From positions 124,001-188,000 of the forward strand of contig NIVC01001634.1 of NCBI GenBank assembly GCA_002269645.1: 64,000 nucleotides of DNA, in the 5' to 3' direction. This DNA is from Macrostomum lignano (lineage: Eukaryota). Positions 52,701 to 64,000 of the stretch are shown here, piece by piece. The notes beneath the pieces were generated by a model that searched no databases, had not been told where the DNA came from, and was given only the letters and a program-made list of their open reading frames with translations. Position 1 is the first letter of the stretch; the number at the start of each line of letters is the position of its first letter. Position numbers and translations under genes: made by a program.

Positions 52701-55700
52701 CACTCACTATCTACGTTGGTGTTTCACCTCTCTCCCTCACTATCTACTTGGTGTCTCACCTCTCTCACTCACTATCTACTTTGGTGTCTCACCTCTCTCC
52801 TCACTATCTACTTTGGTGTCTCACCTCTCTCACTCACTATCTACTTGGTGTCTCACCTCTCTCCCTCACTATCTACCTTGGTGTCTCGCCTCTCTCCCTC
52901 ACTATCTACTTTGGTGTCTCACCTCTCTCCTCACTATCTACGTTGGTGTTTCACCTCTCTCCCTCACTATCTACTTTGGTGTCTCGCCTCTCTCCCTCAC
53001 TATCTACCTTGGTGTCTCACCTCTCTCCCTCACTATCTACCTTGGTGTCTCGCCTCTCTCCCTCACTATCTACCTTGGTGTCTCGCCTCTCTCCTCACTA
53101 TCTACCTTGGTGTCTCGCCTCTCTCCCTCACTATCTACTTTGGTGTCTCACTCTCTCCCTCACTATCTACCTTGGTGTCTCGCCTCTCTCCCTCACTATC
53201 TACTTTGGTGTCTCATCTGTCTCTCCCTCACTATCTACCTTGGTGTCTCGCCTCTCTCCCTCACTATCTACTTTGGTGTCTCATCTGTCTCTCCCTCACT
53301 ATCTACCTTGGTGTCTCGCCTCTCTCCCTCACTATCTACCTTGGTGTCTCATCTGTCTCTCCCTCACTATCTACCTTGGTGTCTCGCCTCTCTCCCTCAC
53401 TATCTACCTTGGTGTCTCGCTCTCTCTCACTATCTACCTTGGTGTCTCATCTCTCTCCCTCACTATCTACCTTGGTGTCTCGCCTCTCTCCTCACTATCT
53501 ACTTGGTGTCTCGCCTCTCCCTCACTATCTACTTGGTGTCTCACCTCTCTCCTCACTATCTACGTTGGTGTTCACCTCTCTCCCTCACTATCTACTTTGG
53601 TGTCTCACCTCTCTCACTCACTATCTACGTTGGTGTTTCACCTCTCTCCCTCACTATCTACTTGGTGTCTCACCTCTCTCACTCACTATCTACGTTGGTG
53701 TTTCACCTCTCTCCCTCACTATCTACCTTGGTGTCTCACCTCTCTCCCTCACTATCTACTTGGTGTCTCATCTCTCTCCCTCACTATCTACCTTGGTGTC
53801 TCGCCTCTCTCCCTCACTATCTACCTTGGTGTCTCATCTGTCTCTCCCTCACTATCTACCTTGGTGTCTCGCCTCTCTCCCTCACTATCTACCTTGGTGT
53901 CTCGCCTCTCTCCCTCACTATCTACCTTGGTGTCTCATCTCTCTCCCTCACTATCTACCTTGGTGTCTCGCCTCTCTCCCTCACTATCTACTTGGTGTCT
54001 CGCCTCTCTCCCTCACTATCTACTTGGTGTCTCACCTCTCTCCTCACTATCTACTTGGTGTCTCACCTCTCTCCCTCACTATCTACTTGGTGTCTCACCT
54101 CTCTCACTCACTATCTACGTTGGTGTTTCACCTCTCTCCCTCACTATCTACTTGGTGTCTCACCTCTCTCACTCACTATCTACTTGGTGTCTCACCTCTC
54201 TCCTCACTATCTACTTTGGTGTCTCACCTCTCTCACTCACTATCTACGTTGGTGTTCACCTCTCTCCCTCACTATCTACTTGGTGTCTCGCCTCTCTCCC
54301 TCACTATCTACTTGGTGTCTCACCTCTCTCCTCACTATCTACCTTGGTGTCTCGCCTCTCTCCCTCACTATCTACTTGGTGTCTCGCCTCTCTCCCTCAC
54401 TATCTACTTGGTGTCTCACCTCTCTCCCTCACTATCTACCTTGGTGTCTCGCCTCTCTCCCTCACTATCTACTTTGGTGTCTCGCCTCTCTCCCTCACTA
54501 TCTACCTTGGTGTCTCGCCTCTCTCCCTCACTATCTACCTTGGTGTCTCACCTCTCTCCCTCACTATCTACGTTGGTGTCTCACCTCTCCCTCACTATCT
54601 ACCTTGGTGTCTCACCTCTCTCCCTCACTATCTACCTTGGTGTCTCACCTCTCTCCCTCACTATCTACCTTGGTGTCTCACCTCTCCCTCACTATCTACT
54701 TTGGTGTCTCACCTCTCTCTCACTATCTACCTTGGTGTCTCATCTCTCCCTCACTATCTACCTTGGTGTCTCACCTCTCTCCCTCACTATCTACTTGGTG
54801 TCTCACCTCTCTCCCTCACTATCTACTTTGGTGTCTCATCTGTCTCTCCCTCACTATCTACCTTGGTGTCTCACCTCTCTCCCTCACTATCTACCTTGGT
54901 GTCTCACCTCTCTCCCTCACTATCTACCTTGGTGTCTCACCTCTCTCCCTCACTATCTACCTTGGTGTCTCACCTCTCTCCTCACTATCTACCTTGGTGT
55001 CTCACCTCTCTCTCACTATCTACCTTGGTGTCTCACCTCTCTCCCTCACTATCTACTTGGTGTCTCACCTCTCTCCCTCACTATCTACTTTGGTGTCTCA
55101 TCTGTCTCTCTCCCTCACTATCTACCTTGGTGTCTCGCCTCTCTCCCTCACTATCTACCTTGGTGTCTCGCCTCTCTCCCTCACTATCTACCTTGGTGTC
55201 TCGCCTCTCTCCCTCACTATCTACCTTGGTGTCTCGCCTCTCTCCTCACTATCTACCTTGGTGTCTCGCCTCTCTCCCTCACTATCTACTTTGGTGTCTC
55301 ACTATCTACTTTGTCTCACTATCTACCTTGGTGTCTCGCCTCTCTCCCTCACTATCTACTTTGGTGTCTCATCTGTCTCTCCCTCACTATCTACCTTGGT
55401 GTCTCGCCTCTCTCCCTCACTATCTACTTTGGTGTCTCATCTGTCTCTCCCTCACTATCTACCTTGGTGTCTCGCCTCTCTCCCTCACTATCTACCTTGG
55501 TGTCTCATCTGTCTCTCCCTCACTATCTACCTTGGTGTCTCGCCTCTCTCCCTCACTATCTACCTTGGTGTCTCGCCTCTCTCCCTCACTATCTACCTTG
55601 GTGTCTCATCTGTCTCTCCCTCACTATCTACGTTGGTGTTTCACTTCTCTCCCTCACTGTCTACTTTGGTGTCTCACCTCTCTCACTCACTATCTACGTT

Positions 55701-55745
55701 GGTGTTTCACCTCTCTCCCTTACTATCTACGTTGGTGTTTCACCC
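40750..55745. repeat. ~15-kb satellite with a 33-bp unit, CTCACTATCTACCTTGGTGTCTCGCCTCTCTCC (31-35-bp variants)
   Basis: Roughly 450 tandem units (length divided by 33). Explains the three ~5000-aa ORFs. Confidence 0.98.
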
Positions 55746-56184
55746 TTCTCCATCTTATCTTAACCATGAGAATCTTCAGCGCCTGATTGTCTCGTCTGAG
55801 CACTTCATCTGACTCTGCACGCTGTTCTCACACAGTCGAACTTCTTTTGAGCAGCTTCTGAATTCTCTCAAAGGCAAGCACTAGCTACTCCGCATCTCCT
55901 TTGTTTCAGCGAACAGAGAGACTGCTCAGTGGACCGGATTCAGCGGCTAATTAAAGACAACTCAAACCGCATCCAAAATCCCTGTGCAAGACTTGCGCAA
56001 TGGGCACTTGAAACTGCACAAAAATTCTAGATTAAAAATAGCTTCCCAGTATAACTGTCGCGGAATATGAACTCGTTTATTAAATCTTAAATCTGTCATA
56101 ACAATGATGAACACACTCGAGTTCTAAAGCGAAGGCAAGAAATGTGAAGTGTATGACTCACTGTCACTGATAAAACTGTAGACG

Positions 56185-56953
<769 letters not shown>

Positions 56954-57367
56954 AGAAATTCCTCATTCATAAATTCCAATTCCAAATAACCATGCATGCC
57001 CCTGGCGGCGAGTTTCCACAAAGCTGCCAGTCAGCCACTGATTCTTCATTACCTTGATACCCCATTATCGAGGCTCTAAGCATAAAAGGCAGCCATATGG
57101 GATTTGGCGCCCAGCCAAACACAGCACGGTCGGATCAACAATATTATTGGCTGTGTAAATCAAATCAAGATTACTGGATAGTCATTACGTCTGGTCTACT
57201 CGTATCTACTCACAGACACAAACATAAATAACAAAGCCATGCGGGCTGGAGGACACTTTTTCAGTCTCAGAGTCACTGGTTGCGCCGCTTGGCTACCCAC
57301 GGGCTGCCGTGGGATTGCATCACCTATGAGCTGCTGTTGTGGCGGCAGAATGAATTATCAGTGAATT

Positions 57368-57434
57368 GTCTGTCTGTCTGTGTGTCTGCCTGTCTGTCTG
57401 TCTGTGTGTCTGTCTGTCTGTCTGTCTGTCTGTG

Positions 57435-57481
<47 letters not shown>

Positions 57482-57482
57482 G

Positions 57483-57525
<43 letters not shown>

Positions 57526-57622
57526 GTGTCTGTCTGTCTGTCTGTCTGTCTGTGTGTCTGTCTGTCTGTGTGTCTGTCTGTCTTTCTGTCTGTCTGTCTG
57601 TCTGTCTGTGTGTCTGTCTGTG

Positions 57623-57661
<39 letters not shown>

Positions 57662-57702
57662 GTGTCTGTCTGTGTGTCTGTGTGTCTGTCTGTCTGTCTG
57701 TG

Positions 57703-57737
<35 letters not shown>

Positions 57738-57762
57738 GTGTCTGTCTGTCTGTCTGTCTGTG

Positions 57763-57793
<31 letters not shown>

Positions 57794-57794
57794 G

Positions 57795-57841
<47 letters not shown>

Positions 57842-57842
57842 G

Positions 57843-57935
<93 letters not shown>

Positions 57936-57975
57936 TGTCTATCCATCCATCTATCTATCAATCCATCCACCTATC

Positions 57976-58033
<58 letters not shown>

Positions 58034-58048
58034 CACCTACCTATCTGT
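57368..58048. repeat. (GTCT)n then (CTAT)n microsatellite
   Basis: Direct. Confidence 0.96.
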
Positions 58049-58689
58049 ATAAACAGACTTCAAGCCAGCAACAAAGGCCAGCAGGCTGAAGGGAGATCCC
58101 GCATAAAAGAATTGCGCAAGGCGGCCGCACCAGTTCGAACAGGGGCAACTGAGAATCAAAAAGAAAGCCAAGCCGCTGAAGAAGCCTAAGCAACCACAAC
58201 CAGTTGGAGCCCTTAGCGCCCCCTGACCCTACATTTCCCATCTGCAGATTGCGTCAGCCAGGCAGTCAGGGCACACACAGTAGACAGCATGATGCAAGCC
58301 CCTAGCATAATTTGAAAATCCAAGGCCAGATGTCCCAACCAGCATCTCGTATATAGCGTGAATTCAAATTTATTGTCCATAGTCTGAGACCCAATACAAA
58401 GTACGCAATATACAAATGATGCCGCTTCCAGTGAACTGCGTCGATCTAAGCTGACAGACACAGAGACTATTCTTGTTGCGTCACGACCACGCACGGCAGA
58501 GCAGACATGCTCGCAGAAATGTGACTGGGCTAAAGCCAGACCCCATCACTTGTCACGATCAATCAACAACAGAATTTTAACGATATTCGACACTGAGGCT
58601 GCTGCGTCAATTCATATCGAATTTCCTGTGCTCAGTGCGGTTACACTGCTCTCGGTAAACTCCTATTGAGAATTTTAAATCGGGATTCT

Positions 58690-59320
58690 CGGGATTGGGA
58701 TCAGTGCTTTGGGGATTGGGATCAGGATTCTGGGGATTAGGATTAGCGTTTTGGAGATTGGGATCAGGATTCTGGGGATTAGGATCAGAGTCTTGGGGAT
58801 TGGGATCAGGATCAGCGTTTTGGAGATTGGGATCAGGATTCTGGGGATTAGGATCAGAGTCTTGGGGATTGGGATCAGGATCAGCGTTTTGGAGATTGGG
58901 ATCAGGATTCTGGGGATTAGGATCAGAGTTTTGGGGATTGGGATCAGGATTCTGGGGATTAGTATCAGAGTTTTGGGGGTTGGGATCAGAGTTTTGGGGA
59001 TTGGGATCAGATTTTTGGGGATTGGGATTGGGATCAGTTTTAGGGATTGGGATCAGATTTTTGGGGATTTGGATTGGGATCAGAGTTTTAGGGATTGGGA
59101 TCAGATTTTGGGGGATTGGGATTGGGATCAGAGTTTTAGGGATTGGGATCAGATTTTGGGGGATTGGGATTGGGATCAGAGTTTTGGGGGTTGGGATCAG
59201 ATTTTGGGGGATTGGGATTGGGATCAGAGTTTTAGGGATTGGGATCAGATTTTTGGGGATTGGGATCCTGGGGACTGGAATCGGGATTCTGTGGATTGGG
59301 ATTGGGATCCTGGGGATTGG
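58690..59320. repeat. G-rich repeat GGGATTGGGATCAG(A/G)
   Basis: Direct, with dense GGG tracts. Confidence 0.9.
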
Positions 59321-60009
59321 GAACGGGACTATTAAGAAGTTTGTTTGCCAATTAAAACTCATTAAAATGAAATGCTTCACAAACACAGGTATCAGTTACA
59401 GTCATCAACGAGTTTATAATATCCAGTACACTGTATTCAATAATATATTATACTTAAATAAACAAACCATATGATTATGATTACAAAGTCAACAGAAACA
59501 ACTAAGTGTTTGTATTGTACAAGTTGTACAAGACACAAGCGGAGTAAATCAGCAATGGAGGACACAAAACGCAGGTAAGAAATCGCTGATAAAATTTAAA
59601 ACCCAGCCAGCATAGTCCAGCATGGCAATCGTCCTCGGTGAAGCGGACAGGCCAGCCAATTTATACAGCAAGGCTAGAAGCTTGAATTCTGATGCAAAAA
59701 ATAACGTTAAAAACCCTTACTTACCTACTGACAAGTTGTCTACTTAGTAGACTATTAAGCATATGCCAACTATATAATTAGTGGGTAGATATTAATATTT
59801 GGATCAAATTATAAACAAACAAGCACGTCACAGCGAGATGTGTAACAGAGGTTGATAATAAAAATAAAAGGAAGATTACTATATTACGTAGATAAGATAT
59901 AAAGTACATTGTACTTTTTAGACACATAAGCTTGTTCGTACATTTTACAATATTTAGTACAATTCTGATTGAATATCCTTATTTTTGATTCGAAGGTTTT
60001 TATTAAAAT

Positions 60010-60580
60010 AGAGTTCAGAGAATGGCGATCTTCCATTTGAAATGGGATTCAGAGAATGGGGATTTTACACATTTGAAATGGGATTCAGAGAATGGGGATT
60101 TTACACATTTGAAATGGGATTCAGAGAATCGGGATCTAACATTTGAAATAGGATTCAAAGAATGGGGATCTTATACACATTTGAAATGGGATTCAGAGAA
60201 TGGGGATCTTATGCACATTTGAAATGGGATTTAGAGAATTGGGATCTAACATTTGAAATAGGATTCAAAGAATGGGGATCTTATACACATTTGAAATGGG
60301 ATTCAGAGAATGGGGATCTTATGCACATTTGAAATGGGATTCAGAGAATGGGGATCTTATACACATTTGAAATGGGATTCAAAGAATGGGGATCTTATAC
60401 ACATTTGAAATGGGATTCAGAGAATGGGGATCTTATGCACATTTGAAATGGGATTCAGAGAATGGGGATCTTATGCACATTTGAAATGGGATTCAGAGAA
60501 TGGGGATCTTATGCACATTTGAAATGGGATTCAGAGAATGGGGATCTTATGCACATTTGAAATGGGATTCAGAGAATGGG
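60010..60580. repeat. ~38-bp minisatellite TTGAAATGGGATTCAGAGAATGGGGATCTTATGCACAT
   Basis: Direct. Ends just before the METTL3 stop codon. Confidence 0.92.
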
Positions 60581-60596
60581 GATTTTCAATTTGCTC

Positions 60597-60965
60597 CTAC
60601 CCAGCAGGTTTTGTCACCACCCCGTCGGGATACTTGGCTCTGAACTTGGCCACCACATCCGGGTCGATCAGTTTAACGCCGTCCAACTGATTACCAAGGG
60701 TGATCCAGTTCGGCTGAACATTATGAGGCCGACCAAACAGCTCCAGCTTCCTCGTGCCGGGCGACAGTCGCTCAATGATGCCGTAGATTTCGTCCGGTTT
60801 GTGCGAAGTGGCGCGGACTTCGCTAACGATGACGTCACAGTCCAGGCCGAGGTTGACATTCTTTGGACTGCCTTTAACTCCGATGATGCAGTGCTCCTTG
60901 CCGTGGTTGAGCCAGTGACCTGTGCGACCGGTGCGGATTATCCTCTGCAGCTGATTGGTCTTCAC
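60597..60965 (-). CDS. METTL3: METTL3 (MT-A70 m6A methyltransferase) terminal exon
   Basis: TTGCCAG|[32 protein letters not shown]...[55 protein letters not shown]...*. Confidence 0.97.
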   Translation of the reverse strand: MKTNQLQRIIRTGRTGHWLNHGKEHCIIGVKGSPKNVNLGLDCDVIVSEVRATSHKPDEIYGIIERLSPGTRKLELFGRPHNVQPNWITLGNQLDGVKLIDPDVVAKFRAKYPDGVVTKPAG

Positions 60966-61064
60966 CTGGCAACGGGGTGGGTGGGGGCGAAACAAATCGC
61001 TTTTTTTGGAGCTGCGATTGCAATTCACCCCATAAAATCTGTGGGGATTCTGAGATACGCTCGT

Positions 61065-61409
61065 ACTACTACTATTACTACTACTATACTATTACTACTA
61101 CTCTACTACTATTACTACTACTATACTATTACTACTACTCTACTACTATTACTACTACTACAACTACTATTACTCTACCACTGCTACTACTGCTACTACA
61201 ACAACTATAACTGCTACTGCCACTAATACTACTACTGCTTCAATTGCTACTACTACTACTACTCTACTACTACTACTACTACTATTCAATTGCTGCTACA
61301 ACTACTACTATTACTACTACATTTACTAGTAAACCTCATACCACTAATATTCATACTACTGCTACTACTACTACATAACTACTACTACCACTACTATTAA
61401 TACTACTAC

Positions 61410-61444
<35 letters not shown>

Positions 61445-61457
61445 TTAATACTACTAC

Positions 61458-61501
<44 letters not shown>

Positions 61502-61505
61502 TTAA

Positions 61506-61540
<35 letters not shown>

Positions 61541-61544
61541 TTAA

Positions 61545-61597
<53 letters not shown>

Positions 61598-61616
61598 TTA
61601 ATAATACTACTACTAT
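61065..61616. repeat. (TAC)n trinucleotide repeat (METTL3 last intron)
   Basis: Direct. Confidence 0.95.
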
Positions 61617-61659
61617 TTTTAAAACTCCAAAACAGAGAACAAGCAAGCAAAGCTCTCAC

Positions 61660-61964
61660 CCAGATAAGCTCCCCGATAATCTTGTAACCCCACAGTCGCA
61701 AGCAGTCACGGCCGGTCTCAATCGCTCGCCCGGTCACCCACAGGAAAATATAGCCGGAGTCTTGCAGACAGGGAATGTCCAAGGATTTCATCTCGTGGTC
61801 GGACATGGTGCCGTAGGGCAGCTCCATGTGGATGTCCCAGGGCGGGTCGCCCATGATGACGGCGAATTTGCCCAGAACGGTCATGTCAAGATGCCGGATG
61901 TCGCACTGGATCCACTGCGGCGGGTACAGGGTGATCTCGTCCTGGTAGTGGGGCTTCTGGGGCA
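61660..61964 (-). CDS. METTL3: METTL3 catalytic exon (DPPW motif)
   Basis: TTCCAG|...LYPPQWIQCDIRHLDMTVLGKFAVIMGDPPWDIHMELPYGTM...QDSGYIFLWVTGR...WGY..ELIW|GTGAGA. Confidence 0.97.
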
Positions 61965-62049
61965 CTGGAATTCGGTTTGGCTTGCATATTTGTAGCTTAA
62001 CTGTGCTAATAATCCAAATTATGACTTAAATTAGATTACTATGAACTAA

Positions 62050-62790
62050 ATAAAATAACTATGACCCATATTAAATAACTATGACCTATATTAAATGACT
62101 ATGACCCAGATTAAACGACTATGACCCAGATTAAATGACTATGACCCAGATTCAATGACTATGACCCAGATTAAATGACTATGACCCAGATTAAATGACT
62201 ATGACCCAGATTAAATGACTATGACCCAGATTAAATAACTATGACCCAGATTAAATGACTATGACCCAGATTAAATGACTATTACCCAGATTAAATGACT
62301 ATGACCCAGATTAAATGACTATGACCCAGATTAAATGACTATGACCCAGATTAAATGACTATGACCCAGATTAAATGACAATGACCCATATTAAATGACT
62401 ATGACCCATATTAAATGACTATGACCCAGATTAAATGACTATGACCCAGATTAAATGACTATGACCCATATTAAATGACTATGACCCAGATTAAATGACT
62501 ATGACCCAGATTAAATGGCTATGACCGAGATTAAATGACTATGACCCAGATTAAATGACTATGACCCAGCTTAAATGACTATGACCCAGATTAAATGACT
62601 ATGACCCAGATTAAATGACTATGACCCAGATTAAATGACTATGACCCATATTAAAAACCTATGACCTATATTAAATGACTATAACCCAGATTAAATGACT
62701 ATGACCCAGATTAAATGACTATGACCCAGATTAAATGGCTATGACCCAGATTAAATAACTATGAGTCTATGACCCAACTTAAATGATTGA
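62050..62790. repeat. 20-bp minisatellite ATGACCCAGATTAAATGACT (METTL3 intron)
   Basis: Direct. Confidence 0.95.
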
Positions 62791-63014
62791 CCTAAATTTA
62801 TTGACTAAGACTATAATTAAGTGACTATGACCCATATTTTAAGATTATCTACATGTACAAACCATTTATATGAATTTAAGACCTATTTTTGATATTCGAT
62901 ACTATGACTGTGACCCGTTTACTAAGAATAAGTCTCAATTAGATGTGACTTTTCACCTATATTAGATATAATTAGTGACCTAATCATTATACTATGACAC
63001 ATTGTAATACACAC

Positions 63015-63247
63015 CAGCAATGGCTTTAGAATCCCTAGCCTTTGGTTTGGCGGCCTCAGCCGCGGCAGCCTTCGCCTCTCTCAGATCGTCGGCATCGATC
63101 TCGTAGTGCACGTATTTGCACGTGTCGATGTGAAAGCAGGTGTTCAGAAACGAACAATCGCCCAATGATGTGTCCGTGTGGCTTTGAACTATACGGCGAA
63201 AGTGCAAATCAGAGCAGCGCTGGGGAGGCTGGCCGGTGCGACCGTGC
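63015..63247 (-). CDS. METTL3: METTL3 CCCH zinc-finger exon; upstream exons lie outside the window
   Basis: TTTGCAG|HGRTGQPPQRCSDLHFRRIVQSHTDTSLGDCSFLNTCFHIDTCKYVHYEID...KAIA G|GTGTGT. Phases match the next exon. Confidence 0.95.
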
Positions 63248-63284
63248 CTGCAAAGTTGAAGTGAAAATATTGGGGAGATGCTCA

Positions 63285-64000
63285 GGGTGGTTTTAGGGTA
63301 GATTCTCAGGCTGGTTTAGGGGAGATTTACAGGGTGGTTTAGGGAGATCCTTAGGGTGCTTTAGTGTAGATCCTCAGGGTGGTTTATGGTAGATTCTTGA
63401 AGTGGTTTAGGGTAGATACTGAGGCTGGTTTAGGGTTGATTCTCAGGGTGGTTTAGGGTAGATTCTTGGGTTGGTCTAGGGTAGATCCTCAGGGTGGTTT
63501 ATGGTAGATTCTTGAAGTGGTTTAGGGTAGATACTGAGGCTGGTTTAGGGTTGATTCTCAGGGTGGTTTAGGGTAGATTCTTGGGTTGGTCTAGGGTAGA
63601 TCCTCAGGGTGGTTTATGGTAGATTCTTGAAGTGGTTTAGGGTAGATACTGAGGCTGGTTTAGGGTTGATTCTCAGGGTGGTTTAGGGTAGATTCTCAGG
63701 CTGGTTTAGGGTAGATTCTTGGGTTGGTTTAGGGTAGATCCTCAGGGTGGTTTAGGGTTGATTCTCAGGCTGGTTTAGGGTTGATTTTCAGGGTTGTTTA
63801 GGGTTGATTCTCAGGCTGGTTTAGGGTAGATTCTCAGGCTGGTTTAGGGTAGATCCTCAGGGTGGTTTAGGGTAGATTCTCAGGCTGGTTTAGGGTAGAT
63901 TCTCAGGGTGGTTTAGGGGAGATCCTCAGGCTGGTTTAGAGTAGATCCTCAGGCTGGTTTAGAGTAGATCCTCAGGGTGGTTTAGGGTAGATTCTTGGGT
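63285..64000. repeat. 23-bp minisatellite GGGTGGTTTAGGGTAGATTCTCA containing TTTAGGG (METTL3 intron)
   Basis: Direct. Continues to the window end. Confidence 0.92.

Noticed and set aside
40617-55812. Three ~5000-aa plus-strand ORFs as a giant repetitive protein
   Set aside because: All three frames are open because the C/T-rich 33-bp unit cannot form stops, and the frames swap at every indel. This is a satellite artefact.
58345-58420. FN3-like peptide REFKFIVHSLRPNTKYAIYK
   Set aside because: About 20 residues bounded by stops, with no supporting exon structure. Likely chance.
61660-61964. METTL3 as a catalytically altered paralogue (IMGDPPW, IIGELIW)
   Set aside because: DPPW and the C-terminal SAM-binding motifs are intact. 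The substitutions look like ordinary divergence.

Overview
Eukaryotic (metazoan, protostome) genomic DNA. GC-rich exons sit in introns packed with minisatellites and microsatellites. By my hand tally, roughly 55-60% of the window is tandem repeat. The style suggests a free-living flatworm such as Macrostomum, but that is inference only. I reconstructed four spliced protein-coding genes by hand. (1) LIM-domain gene, probably LIM-homeobox (Lmx1-like), minus strand: exons 4154-4115, 1145-908, 275-<1. (2) Complete RING/B-box/coiled-coil/filamin/NHL (TRIM2/3-like) gene, plus strand: 7 exons, 8991-24485, 711 aa. (3) hunchback with 8 C2H2 fingers, minus strand: 4 exons, 33575-27561, about 655 aa. (4) The 3' part of METTL3, minus strand: 63247-60597. 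Also present: two intron-containing tRNA-Leu(CAA) copies, a decayed Merlin (IS1595/ISXO2-like) DNA transposon with 85-bp TIRs and an 8-bp TSD, a Merlin-like MITE with a 9-bp TSD, a mariner remnant, and a ~15-kb 33-bp satellite that produces the spurious ~5000-aa ORFs. Most notable: two of 13 reconstructed introns need GC donors, and both carry GGCGCC arrays. The Merlin copy shows a CpG-deamination signature while host exons stay CpG-rich. One tRNA copy has a 71-nt hairpin-containing intron. Almost every intron has its own private tandem array.
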